A stretch of DNA of 64,000 nucleotides from positions 312,291-376,290 of the forward strand of contig NMRA01000087.1 in the NCBI GenBank assembly GCA_002633005.1, written 5' to 3'. The stretch comes from Phoronis australis. Its lineage: Eukaryota > Animalia > Phoronida. The notes beneath the pieces are model-generated. The model did not search any database. It was not told the origin of the DNA and worked only from the letters and a program-made list of their open reading frames with translations. Positions within the stretch are counted from its first letter, which is position 1. Every line of letters begins with the position of its first letter. Positions 50,301 through 60,279 of the stretch are shown piece by piece. The translations under genes were made by a program, and so were the position numbers.

Positions 50301-51181
50301 GAAAGCTCTCTGAATAGGCCATTAAAGACTTTAATCTACTTCCAATCAGAAAAAATCATAAGACAAAATGTTAGCCTCATTATAAAGTATTCTTCATAAG
50401 AGTACAGTGGTTCCCAATTTAAGTTCCTCTACTACAGGTACGGTATTGAGATTATGTAATCATCATTTTCTGGTTCAGTATTTGTGTATCTACCAAAGGG
50501 ATGGTAGGAAATTTAAGCTGACAAAGTAAAGTCCTCCCAAACTTTGGTAAGCAGCAATATAATAGTCTTCAATTTTAAAATTTTGTTTAAATAACTTGTA
50601 AATAGCATTTTTTATTAGTCCGGTCTGTACGCCACCTGTCGGCCACATCACATCTATATTTCCACAGTTTGAGATTCACATATTCATGTAAATAACATGC
50701 TATTTCTCAATTTTGTCCTAAAGCAAGTGTGCAGTGCCTGTAGTTATTTAGTTTACTTTACTTTACATTATGATAAATGTTCATTACTACGGTACTGAGG
50801 CAAGTTTTCAAAACATGTTCCATATTCATTCAACCTTTGAAAACATACTCATTTTTAATTACTTGTAATGAATTTTACTTTTTCGTTTCCCAGGAACGAA
50901 GATCTCTTAGGTCAGAAATGCTGCTTAAAGACTCCAATAGTGGTCCTCCCCCGGCCCTTCCTCCACGGTCTGCTGGAAGACCCCTTCCTGCTACGCCCGA
51001 TGAAAGTAGCCCTGGTGCTGTGCCAAGACCAAGAAATATGTCTAGCACACCCTCTTTGCAAGAGTTTGCGAGCAATCAACGGTTTCAGAAGCAAAAAGAT
51101 AGCATAGATGGTAACAGCTCAGAAGGGTCTATACCCGATTCCCCCCCACCTCCTCCACCCCGATCAGCTAACAGGCCTTAG
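20387..51181 (+). CDS. PIK3AP1: BCAP/PIK3AP1-like (BCAP/BANK1/Dof family) PI3K adaptor, join(20387..20393,28026..28678,30049..30208,33000..33281,39529..39725,40771..40924,41324..41401,41856..41933,44367..44498,45339..45490,46785..46937,48386..48494,49095..49195,50894..51181), ~847 aa
   Basis: Every junction is GT-AG and phase-compatible. Contains a TIR-like N-terminus (DLGILFADDVEGWKTYF), DBB region, ankyrin ELPTMLHFAAKFGL..CPGA..NKYGDYP, YxxM motifs, coiled coil, Ser-rich and PPPPPPR tail, as in vertebrate BCAP. Confidence 0.88.
21280..23712. repeat. Near-identical direct duplication (21280..22508 / 22510..23712) joined by a single n; probable haplotype/assembly redundancy
   Basis: The copies differ by scattered SNPs and a 26-bp indel; n at 22509. 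Confidence 0.85.
23578..23804. mobile_element. Palindromic MITE (~80-95 bp arms)
   Basis: aatacatgacacttgttgttattaacaatctttattcc...ctcggaacaaagttcgacactcaacag is mirrored by ctgttgagtgtcaaactttgttccgagg...aataaagattgttaatgacaacaagtgccgtgtatt. Confidence 0.8.
27820..27922. repeat. Imperfect ~48-bp tandem duplication
   Basis: atgaccaataacaaa core repeated at ~27842 and ~27890. Confidence 0.55.
28026..28678 (+). CDS. PIK3AP1: BCAP-like exon: TIR-like domain and Pro-rich linker
   Basis: ttttag|GCCGT...ATG|gtaagt; within ORF 28010..28795. Confidence 0.9.
29726..29819. repeat. 45-bp tandem duplication
   Basis: aactatgcgttgtg(c/t)tgtgtttgcaatacctaatgtctgtgataa x2. Confidence 0.9.
30049..30208 (+). 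CDS. PIK3AP1: BCAP-like exon: DBB (TIG-like) part 1
   Basis: cttcag|AAC...AAGG|gtaagt; NDKIVILMN...FTFVATVPK. Confidence 0.85.
33000..33281 (+). CDS. PIK3AP1: BCAP-like exon: DBB part 2
   Basis: tttcag|AC...ATGC|gtaagt; CPPGSYRLTFY...AATPLQLMADVLGV...VDKALCDML. Confidence 0.88.
36615..36735 (+). repeat. Dispersed repeat fragment, related to 48092-48215
   Basis: accatcggacaatgttttgagaaattgcaggcact...tagaagcc vs accatctgacattgttttgagaaattctgggcact...tagaagcc. Confidence 0.55.
38735..39281. mobile_element. MITE/non-autonomous DNA transposon with ~60-bp TIRs and ttaatcaa subterminal repeats
   Basis: agtgccaaagggttcttaagggagtacctttctgcacgttgaaatgtgcttaatcaa vs ttgattaagcacatttcaatgtgcggaaaggtactcgtttaagaaccctttggcact. 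Confidence 0.85.
39529..39725 (+). CDS. PIK3AP1: BCAP-like exon: ankyrin repeats
   Basis: tcgcag|AA...CTG|gtaaga; ELPTMLHFAAKFGL. Confidence 0.93.
40771..40924 (+). CDS. PIK3AP1: BCAP-like exon with YANM motif
   Basis: ttttag|GAA...AATG|gtaagc; EEVYANMDTY. Confidence 0.85.
41324..41401 (+). CDS. PIK3AP1: BCAP-like exon with YMTM motif (alternative in-frame acceptor at 41330)
   Basis: atatag|TT or ttcag|GT; EEGDYMTMQ; donor G|gtatgt. Confidence 0.8.
41856..41933 (+). CDS. PIK3AP1: BCAP-like exon
   Basis: ttttag|GC...CCAG|gtaaaa; GRVLGEDVQGLYLDVENIEPRPLAKP. Confidence 0.78.
43235..43340. mobile_element. Second copy (inverted) of the short palindromic MITE at 11123-11230
   Basis: agaaccagtttgatgcctgttattcactgagtggagagaactggttctcaaaatg. 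Confidence 0.6.
44367..44498 (+). CDS. PIK3AP1: BCAP-like exon
   Basis: ttacag|AG...AAAC|gtaagt; phase 1/1. Confidence 0.8.
44570..44742 (-). mobile_element. Possible tRNA-derived SINE remnant
   Basis: Minus-strand B-box-like GGTTTGAATCC (44700-44710) in a GC-richer block; no intact cloverleaf. Confidence 0.4.
45339..45490 (+). CDS. PIK3AP1: BCAP-like exon: coiled-coil region part 1
   Basis: ttgtag|CA...AAG|gttagc; EQSLLDINKGVASGEYTQDEALSLFR resembles the BCAP/Dof coiled-coil segment. Confidence 0.82.
45839..46035. repeat. 24-bp minisatellite (ctggtcagtaacaattcaagctta) x7 perfect plus 1 degenerate
   Basis: Head-to-tail units starting at 45865, 45889, ... 46009; no spacers. Confidence 0.95.
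46785..46937 (+). CDS. PIK3AP1: BCAP-like exon: coiled-coil region part 2
   Basis: ttgtag|AAA...GGG|gtaagt; KQIDDIRSQYSQMINYVKK. Confidence 0.8.
48386..48494 (+). CDS. PIK3AP1: BCAP-like exon (three in-phase candidate donors)
   Basis: tgtcag|AAG...; donors after 48437, 48458 and 48494 are all phase 1. Confidence 0.7.
49095..49195 (+). CDS. PIK3AP1: BCAP-like Ser-rich exon
   Basis: ttacag|GT...GAT|gtaagt; SSNGSRSSTLSSCSGGGRDSGSFSS. Confidence 0.82.
49296..49652. repeat. 66-bp direct repeat (49296..49361 / 49587..49652) across an n at 49362; probable haplotype junction
   Basis: tcaagtcttttgtacattagtcgatatagtaaatttaataattaaaaacatgagttgctttttaat occurs twice. Confidence 0.8.
50894..51181 (+). 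CDS. PIK3AP1: BCAP-like terminal Pro-rich exon
   Basis: tcccag|GAA...; PPPALPPR and PPPPPPRSANRP then TAG. Confidence 0.85.
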   Translation, partial: ERRSLRSEMLLKDSNSGPPPALPPRSAGRPLPATPDESSPGAVPRPRNMSSTPSLQEFASNQRFQKQKDSIDGNSSEGSIPDSPPPPPPRSANRP

Positions 51182-51574
51182 AGGGCCGTAATAACTCGAG
51201 TGCAAGTTGAGACAATGGAAGCCGATCAAGGTAATTTACAGTTGTTTGCCACGATGACTTCTGCAGAACTTGTTGTCTTTTGGATACACTGTGTTAATTG
51301 TAAGGTTTTGGAATCCTAGGCCTTATAAATTTATTTATAAACAGTCAATACAAGCTGTTTAGGAAAAAAATTGTATTTCTGTGTAGTCACAGTCACACTC
51401 TTAACTTTGGCTTGAAACAAGTCCAGCCCAATGCATTGTTAAAACTTTGGGATTTTATTTGAAGCATACTTTCCAAGTATTGTAGCTTTGAAGTGAATTA
51501 GTCAGTGATGTAGGTTTCATCTGGGGTCTTTCAATAGTTCATGAAACGCAATGTTTCAATTTTTAGGCAATCTT

Positions 51575-51727
51575 TGTTTGACATGCCTTGTATCATGTAG
51601 GGCCATCGAGAACAGTACAGGGTCTGTTCGACATGCCTTGCATCATGTAGGGCCAATGAGAACAGTCCAGGGTCTGTTTGACATGCCTTGTATTATGTAG
51701 GGCCAATGAGAACTATACAGGGTCTGT
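51575..51727. repeat. 50-bp tandem repeat x3 in the BCAP 3' UTR region
   Basis: tgtttgacatgccttgtatcatgtagggccaatgagaacagtacagggtc units at 51575, 51625 and 51675. Confidence 0.9.
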
Positions 51728-52000
51728 CTCATGAATAGTAACTTTAAGACTTAAGTTACAAATTTAGTCATAAACTCCCATTCTACAATTACTGCTTAAA
51801 GATTTTTAATTGGTTATTAGCACTTAAGTGTCCAGTAAAGTTTATACAAATTATTTCTCAAGTTAGTAGTCATGGTTGTATTCTCAGACTCTTTGAACTT
51901 CTGCTGAAGTGGGATTTAATCGCTTTCCAAAGTAATTGTGTGAAGCATAAAACCAAATTTCTGACTTAAGTCTTCAGTCACTTTTCAGAATGCAGCTCTT
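51718..52000. mobile_element. Eroded Harbinger-like MITE
   Basis: cagggtctgtctcatgaatagtaactttaagacttaagt vs the reverse complement of acttaagtcttcagtcacttttcagaatgcagctcttg. Confidence 0.4.
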
Positions 52001-52029
52001 GGACATTTCTGCTCAAAATGATCCTTATT

Positions 52030-52122
52030 TGTGTTGGAGACAGCTCACTGGCACTGATCTGTGCTGGAGACAGCTCACTGGCAGTGACCTGTGTTGGAGA
52101 CAGCTCACTGGCAGTGACCTGT
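52030..52122. repeat. 30-bp tandem repeat x3
   Basis: tgtgttggagacagctcactggcagtgacc units. Confidence 0.9.
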
Positions 52123-55100
52123 CTTCTTATGATGGGCTTTTGTCATTAGATGGCTATTGGCAATCACTTAATTAGGTATTCTATGCAACAGTTATTGATG
52201 AGTTTCACAGTTTTAATTTTAAGTTTCAACAAATTTTCCTGAATGTGACCAAACTTGAATTTATGTATTTTTGTATTATTTTATTACTCAATTTTATGTA
52301 AAAGTGTTGATTATTGTTGTAAGTGTTGTACTTAAAAACAGTTTTAGTTATTTATTTTTAGATGTCTTGCTTTGTAAAAAGTCATTAGCGATTACAGAGG
52401 TTTGAAAAGATGACCACAATCACAAAACACTTCGGATTTTCCAATTACCAAGAAATGGTTTTATTGGGACCTATAGCATTTTTCTTAATCCAGAAGCCTC
52501 GAAATGTGAAGTGTAGTAGTTATGGATAATCCAGAGTTAACATATTTTTCAAACGATAATAAACATATTTGTTCATACCTGCACAGACTCTCTTACTTTG
52601 TTTAATGCTTCACAGAATATGGTAAAATGTAGTTAACCCAAACCACCTTTAATGTTTTAAAAAGTTTTGTGAGTGCTCACAATCATTCAAAATATCCCCT
52701 AATGGTGGCTATCACAGAACTTGAACAGGTTAAGGCATTAAGTCGATGCTTTGTATTTTATATGAAAAAATGATAAAGTAAAATTTCATCATATTGTGTG
52801 TTAAATTGACGAGGTTTTAACCGTAAGCCACTTTTGTTCAAATTCCTCACAGTGTTCACTAAAAAAATGTGCAATAGGTGTATTAATTGATGTCTGACTT
52901 TAGGCACGAGTTGTATTGGAAAATCATTGCCTTCCAGCCTGTTGTGTTTGGTGCCTTAACCTAGAGCAGAAATTTTCTCTTTTTTTAAATTAGAGTCTAC
53001 TAAGGCATTTTCCCAACTTTTGTGCCCTGAAAACAAATGTACTAGGTATTCATAGACTGAGAACATCACCTTTAGTCCCCACACTTCAGTAGTCGTTTCC
53101 TGGTACTCATATTTCTGGGTGATTTTGTGAACAATTTTGAGACACTCTGTATATACAGATGTAATTATTTTGTAAATATCTCTTAAAAGGCTTGAAAACA
53201 TGTATTACAGGGTGAAATAAATGTGCTTGATGTGAGTTACCGTGAGAGATTAAATGTTGAATATTTTTACAATAATAAGTGAAATTCCAAAGCTGTCTAG
53301 ACTGACGAATATTGTTCATAATGCAATTAAATCTTGCATAATCAATATTGAGTGATTGATGGTCATTGGCATAATGTCAATGTTTTTGGAGTGTCCTTGA
53401 ACAAAACTTATATTTCAGTCTGTGTTTTATCAAAAGCAGCTTGAAATGTTTTCTCGTTGAAATTTGCTGTTGTTGAACTGATACCGGCTTCAGGATTTAT
53501 GTGGCATTGCTATGTACATGATGGTTTTTTGTCATTTTTATGGATTTATATTATATTTACCCATGCTTGTTTCAATTAGGATGGCACAGAATATATCTTT
53601 GAGCTTTATTTTTTCATTTAAGTCAGATCCTATTTATTCTGATGTTGATTTGTTTGTTTATTTTGTTCTAGTTTTTATTGCATATTATTACTCAGCCATT
53701 GATGCTTCTACCCTCTATTTGGCTAAAACATGGTACATCTTCCGCTGTACATCCTCTGCTATAGCGTAGTACCGACCAACTTAGTGTAAAATATCACTTT
53801 TCAGTCATACTGCACCGACATCAATATATCCTTATTTGCGATCTGACCAATTGAACTTGAAGGATGCAGAAACCACAAAGCCATGATCTTGATATCATTA
53901 AATCATAAAGGGCAAGAACAATTTGCAAGAAGCATCAATGGTTATGTAACAATTTTTAGACTGGACACTCAGTGGTACTGGGTCATATGGACCTTGAGAG
54001 ACCAATATTGGCTTCACGAAATGTTGCTCACCCTCAACCTACATGACATGATGTCACCCAGGTGATCCGTTCATAGTTTTATGAATACAAATTAATTTTT
54101 AAAGAACAAACGATTCATGAAAGTTGTTGGTGATAATACATGTAAGTCGATTTTGCTCAGAGTTTGGATGTATTCTTTCTATCATTTCTACATGTACTTT
54201 CTTAATGGACCAAGGTGTTGTGTTTTGAAAATTGAGACACTGTATATGAAGATTAAGATGTACAGTTCTTATTTCTGTCTTTTTCATTAAAGTATATGGT
54301 TTTGACTTTTGTTGCCTTATTACTGCAATCATTAAAATGCATTGGATGATATTTAGAGTTGCAATTATAGTGCGTAGTCTTCTCAGCGCCTCCTTGTCAA
54401 CCTTTTGGCCAACGTTAAATGAGTGGTTGTAATAATATGCTGAGTTTCAACAAAGCTACCCCGTGTATACGACGGGGATCAAGTTAAGACTTGCAGTTCA
54501 GAGTGGACTGGGCCTGAGAACTCTTGAGGACATGGGTGGTCATATGTTAATTAAGTTTATGTTAATGTAAAAATTAAGTCAAGGATTGTAAAGTACCTTA
54601 GAGACCGATAATACCAGTCATGTTTTGTTTCACGGACTATAAAATTAACAAGGAGCAATTGATATAGGAGTACATGTAGGTTCCTTCAGCAGTAACTTGC
54701 ACAGACATTATCTGGGAAGATTGTTATATACAAGAATGACACAACACTTCACTTTGTAGTGTACACAAGTCAATTAAGTCGCCACATTGTGTTGCTTAGG
54801 CAAGTAACACGAGAGAGGTTGGAACATGTCAACAAAGGAACAGCAGTGGCAATGCACCCGCGTTTTTTGTTGTTCAAACAATGACAAGGCTCAAATGAAA
54901 CGACTCTTGAAAGTCCAAGCGTTTTGCAAGTGCCTATTTTAGTCCCAACGGGGTAAGAAGCAAGCCGTTTAAGTAAGTCAAAACTAGTATCCGTGAGCTC
55001 CATTTTGATCACAAAATAAACTAAGAAACCAGAACACGTCTCAAAACTAAATCAAAACATTCCGACTTCGTCACTGAGTGAAGCTGATGTTCCAAGTCTT

Positions 55101-55459
55101 TGTAACCGCCACTGTAGAGCTCAATATTCCTTAAAAAGCAATAGTTAGTAGGTAATATGAAACTGTTAGTTTTTGTTTAATTTGCCTTTCTTGTAATTTC
55201 GAGTGCATGTTATTAAAGTACTCGCATTTCTTGTGAAAAGAGTTATTTTGTTTGACAGGAACTTATTGCCGGCAAGCACTACCGATTCCTAATAATAACA
55301 TTGCAACCAATTTGGTTAACTTCCTCTCAATACCAGATTGACCACGAGACTTCTTTTAACCATATATTTCAATTAGAGACGATACGAACACAATTATAAA
55401 TCATCAGTTTACTCCGGGTTAAACATTATGTACACTGAGATAGCAATGTGTAAAAGTTC

Positions 55460-55545
55460 ATAATAATAGTAATAATGGTAACAATAAAGATAATGATACT
55501 GATAATAGTAATAACAGTAGTGACTGAAGATAATAACAATAACTA
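55460..55545. repeat. Degenerate (AAT)n microsatellite
   Basis: taataatagtaataatggtaacaataaagataatgat... Confidence 0.7.
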
Positions 55546-57505
55546 TATGCTACTACCACTTAATGCGCGTATTTAAGTCCATGCTCCTGTGCCTGAAATA
55601 AGATTTTTCAAATAAAAATTGGTCAATTAAGAGTTCAACACATAGGCCCATGCGATCAAATTTCGATAACACGTGTAGGTGGGTGTCCTGTGTACAGGCC
55701 CATACCTTTTTGTGTATATAGGCACACGCATTTTCCCCCCTACAAAAGCGCACAATCTTAATCAGGTGCGGCACATTTTTGCGCGAGTTGGTGTGACAAC
55801 AAATTCCCCGTTTTGGCTGGTTCCCTGTAGTGTTGTGTAACTTGCAGCAATAATAGGTGAGTGTATATAGTTAGTGCAAAGTTGGTTTGAATGTTTACTT
55901 GTTTCTAAAGAATGATCAGTGGTACATTTTACTGAACGAGACCTGAATAATGTACAATTATGTTTTAGAAGGAAGTTAAAAAAATTTTTAACAGTCTTGA
56001 ACCGTGTAATTAAACTCTTCAGTAAAATTAGTACCGAAAATACAAACAGTTTTTAACTTAAAAACAAGCCAAGCGTCTAAGGATATTGAAAGATTTTAAA
56101 CTTGCTAACTCAATACAGTTAAATAAACATACAAGCAATACGTCTAGGCGTATTACGCGAGCCAAAATATCGTTCTCAAGATTGTTCACTACAAAGCCAA
56201 GTAGGTGAGAATATTTAAAAAATAAATGGGATGCGCCTATCATTTTCAAGCATGGTTTCATTCGAATGGTTTCTTTATTGGCGGATTTAAGCGCAGCACC
56301 GATTTTAGGCGCATGAGTCTAAATACGCTCGTGTATTATATAAATATATCTGGCAAGGTTAAACACAACATTTACAAAATGTACGTCAAGGGAAACTAAA
56401 TTACACTAGTCTCAACAAAAGAAACGACTATTGATTATAGTGAATACTCGCTACTGTAGCGTACACGAAACTTGATACTGTTTTAATAAGCTACATTTTC
56501 TGCAAACAACAAAGACTGCAATCCATAGGTATGTGTGGGACTTCTTTAATTACCAAGAACGTTTACAATCTCGTTGTTACTGAGAAGGGCTTGTATGAGG
56601 TCAGCTCTCTCATTAGCATTCATTGAGCATTGACAGGAAAATGAAAGATGTGGAGCGCGAAATCGTATTTTGAAAGTTGTCGTTGAAAAATCCAGTACAG
56701 GTTTGTTGAGTTGGATTTCTCATGGACGTGGAATGCTTTGGTGGTTGGTGTTTGGTTAAGAAACGTATTGAGACTTGCCCTTCTTTCATTTTTGAAACTT
56801 GTGATTATTTGAGACAATTCATATCACCTGAAAACTTCTAAAAGATATTAGACTTCCTTACTTACTGTATGTCTAGGTCACTTTTCATGAAACATATCTC
56901 AGGGATCTTTCGTGTAAACATTATACGCTGCATAGCAATAATTGCAAAAGTGATTTCACCCGACTGCTGATGAACATTGCATATAATGTCGGGGAACAGT
57001 CATTGTCCAGCAAATATATAGCAATGTTTGGTGTGTCCGAAGGAGGGCACATACATTGTATCGTGGGAAAACTACGTAAAGTTGGAAATACTAATTCAAA
57101 GGTAAAGAAGAACTCAGAAAATTTTTAATGGGGCATTGTGCGTTGTGTTAAATGGAATCATCATTTTCACAGTCGAAAAACGAATTTTGAAGATTGTTGA
57201 TGTTTGGGACAGGCTTTTTGAAGTTATCGGCTTTGACCAGAGCTTTAAAACAGTAAAATGCGCTGTGTTTTTGTGACTTTATTACAATTCGTTAATTTTC
57301 GCCGATCTCTGCTAAACATTCACTGAAATCCAGACTGGTGACATTGACAGTTTTAAAAATACGCTCGATGTTCTCTCCCATTTATCTCAGTCTGAGAATT
57401 ATTTAGCTCGTCTGCAGAGCATTTTGCTGCGCAGGCAAAAGTTTACTGTTCAAACCCTCCCTGGCGCTCATTAGACTGGTTACTTTTCTAGCCCATAATG
57501 CTAAT

Positions 57506-58444
57506 TCAAATGAAGCCAATTTTGGGACGAAATAATTGCTCACGTTTTTTGACACTTGGGCCTCGATCTTTTTCGATTGTTTGCTCTACAGTCGCCACCT
57601 GTGCTCGCGGCACGCGGTGATCTACGCCAGCCTTCTTACCTTTACGCGACGCTTCTAGAATGTGACATTCGTAAAAGTCGAACAACTTGTTAAAATTGTT
57701 CCCGATGATTGCAACTGGCAAAGCTGTCAGTACTATTCCTGTCAACGCGCACACAGATCCAAGGACATAGCCTAAAAGCGAGCTTGGGTAGTAGTCACCA
57801 TAGCCAACAGTCGTCATAGTAACGATGGCCCACCAACAAGCGATTGGCATATTAGCAAAGGTATCCTTTTGGTAAAACTCAGTCAAGAAAATTAAAGGCG
57901 CGTATGTCAGCATTCCCACCACCATAACGAAAACCATTAGCAGGAGAATCTTCCAGCTCTCGTAAAGGGAAAGAATTAATATCCGCATTAGAGGCAGCTG
58001 GTAAGAAAATCCGACGATTCGAATCATTCGTAGAACGGTTACCGATGAGAGGAAAAGAAAAACAGGAATTACATATGAAGGCAGGTTAGCAAAGGGTATG
58101 TCTTCTATGACATACCAACCCAGAAAGTTTAGCCAGTGCATCAACAAGCACGCTAAGTCCAACACGTTGAAAAACGTTTTGAAGAATCGCTTTTTACTTG
58201 GATGGACCATGAAACGCACACACAATTCTGCGGTGAAAAATATTAAACAAGCTTTATCTGTAACATAAATCCCTTCTTTTGGAAATGATGTGACAAAAAG
58301 TACTAGCTTCGGATTGGACACGTTTGCCTTGATGTAACTAATATATTTTTCGTCTGTTGAGAACGTCCGAAATGCTTCGTCTGTAGATAGAATTGTCACG
58401 AAAACGCTGGCCAGGGTAAAAACCAGGTAAGAAAAGCCATACAC
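57506..58444 (-). CDS. Kv3-like channel exon 2 (S1-S6, pore, C-tail)
   Basis: Acceptor at 58445-58446; TVGYGD filter; stop TGA at 57506. Confidence 0.93.
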   Translation of the reverse strand: MYGFSYLVFTLASVFVTILSTDEAFRTFSTDEKYISYIKANVSNPKLVLFVTSFPKEGIYVTDKACLIFFTAELCVRFMVHPSKKRFFKTFFNVLDLACLLMHWLNFLGWYVIEDIPFANLPSYVIPVFLFLSSVTVLRMIRIVGFSYQLPLMRILILSLYESWKILLLMVFVMVVGMLTYAPLIFLTEFYQKDTFANMPIACWWAIVTMTTVGYGDYYPSSLLGYVLGSVCALTGIVLTALPVAIIGNNFNKLFDFYECHILEASRKGKKAGVDHRVPRAQVATVEQTIEKDRGPSVKKREQLFRPKIGFI

Positions 58445-59619
58445 CTGAAAATAACATCACAAAATGACGTGACAGGTAAATCATAACCGTACTTTCAGCA
58501 CCTATGACTGGTAGTAGTGGTCAGTGTTGGAAGTGAAGGCGATGGTCTTGGTAGTGGTGGGAGTAGTGGTCTTTATGGTGGTGGTGGGGTGCGCTGGTGG
58601 CGTTGGTGGTGGATGTGATTGAGATGCTGATGCTGATTGTCATGGTCGTGGTGACGTGTGCTAGGGGTGGAGATAATACATGGTGATGGAGACGGTAGTG
58701 ACGTGTCATGGTGTTGATGGTCGTTGTGGTAGAAATTCTGGTCATGAAGGTACTGGTGGTTGTGGTGTACTATTGATTATGTAAGTGGCGAGGTTGATTG
58801 TCGGTACGTGGTCATGTACAATGTACGTGGTACCTGTGATCATGGCATAATCGTCGATCATTCTTATGGCAGAAAGCATATTGGACTGGTAGGCGCTGTT
58901 GAGTCTACTACTAGTTGATTTATCTACAAGTCAAGGACGGGATTTATATGTAAGAAATGGCTTACAACAATATTTGTGGTGGTGATGGTGGTGATGCCAA
59001 TATGTTTTAGTAAGCAAATTACTTAAAAGTAATGGGTGATAGTGCCTGAAAAATGTTGAGTTGCTGTGTAACTTACCATGCCCAGCGCCGACGACTGTGG
59101 ATCTTCTGCTGCCGTCCACATTTTGTGTTTTGCCTTTGCGAATCGCGACGCACCTTCACCAAGACTGGCGTAAGAAAGATCTTTTGCAGCAAATTTTAAT
59201 GCCATGACATCTTTCCATTGCGTCAACTTTTCTGTTTTGCTGAGAATATCCCGGCAGCATTCCGATACCTCGTCCAGAGAGATTTCCCAGAACTCCAGCT
59301 CTCTTTTAATTGTAGCCTCGCACATATTGTTCGGAATATGCAACTCACCGCTGCGATAGAACTCTAAAATATGTCGAAAAACGGTTGGGTTGCGATCGAA
59401 ACAGTGTACTTTTCTTTTGGACGAACTGTAAACAAGTCTTGATAAACGTGTATTCGGATGACAGGACAACGTATTAGATGAAGTCTGAAACTTGACTCCC
59501 CCTACGTTCAGGGTTATGTCCAACCCATAGTCACCGATTTCATCGTCAGTTTCGTTTTCAATTGCCTTATCTTCATCAGTAATAACACATTCCTTATTAA
59601 AACATTGCATTTTCCACAT
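57506..59619 (-). CDS. Divergent voltage-gated K+ channel, Shaw/Kv3(KCNC)-like, complement(join(57506..58444,59077..59619)), ~493 aa
   Basis: T1/BTB domain (ITLNVGG..FDRNP..ILEFYRSGELH) with the non-Shaker Zn motif HX5CX20CC; phase-0 intron ATG|gtaagt...ttttcag|GTG; S1-S6; pore WWAIVTMTTVGYGDYYP. Confidence 0.92.
58505..58765. repeat. (GGT/GTG)-rich low-complexity tract in the Kv intron
   Basis: Degenerate ggtggt/ggtagt/tgatg trinucleotide periodicity. Confidence 0.75.
59077..59619 (-). CDS. Kv3-like channel exon 1 (T1 domain)
   Basis: ORF 59023..59619 up to the donor at 59076. Confidence 0.9.
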
Positions 59620-60198
59620 ACACGTGTATTTTGCGTCTTCTCGGCTTTACAAAAGCACGAAGAATGCGGATTTTATTGAGAAGGAACCAACTGTAGCACC
59701 TGAAACTCAATATTGTTTGCATATTACAAGATCGATATTACATTTCAAAAGACAAGTAGCGATTATCCCTCGAATTCCTTTTCAAAATCCAATATTCAAA
59801 TTTATGGAATATTCATAATATTTGTTCAAGATCGTAACACCTTTTCACAAACACAATATTCGTATCAGTTTCACAGTTGAACGAAAATTGTTTTTATTTT
59901 TATAGTTAGCTCACAGGGGCTGTCAAATATTGCTATTCTTTTGACTACGTTTGCTTTGTCAATGCATAAGAATATGGCTTTGTTTTGTTGTTCTGTCAAT
60001 TACACGTAAACGGACATACGATGTTGAGTAAACATTATTAGGACAGCATGTTGTGCGGTGGGTAAAAAATGAAGGAACAATGAATACAATTAATGTAACG
60101 ACGAAATAAAAATATAACAATTTCACGTTTCTATTTCAATACTGTCGAGGTACAAAATGCCCATAATTGTAACCGAGTTAGTTTCAGAAGGACAAGTG

Positions 60199-60279
60199 TG
60201 GGCTGAACGGTCTGGGCTGAACAGTCTGGGCTGAACGGTCTGGGCTGAACGGTCTGGGCTGAACGGTCTGGGCTGAACG
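60199..60279. repeat. 14-bp tandem repeat (tgggctgaacggtc) x~5.8
   Basis: Near-perfect head-to-tail units. Confidence 0.92.

Noticed and set aside
51182-51320. ~45 open codons after the BCAP TAG, and an AAG|gtaatt donor 49 nt downstream
   Set aside because: The TAG-A context is not readthrough-prone, the protein already ends in the family-typical PPPPPR tail, and the open length is compatible with chance.
55555-56340. Possible large element with degenerate inverted ends (gcgtatttaagtccatgc / gcatgagtctaaatacgc)
   Set aside because: The match is short and no target-site duplication could be established.
58521-58745. His/Thr-rich ORF
   Set aside because: Low-complexity GGT tract inside the Kv intron.
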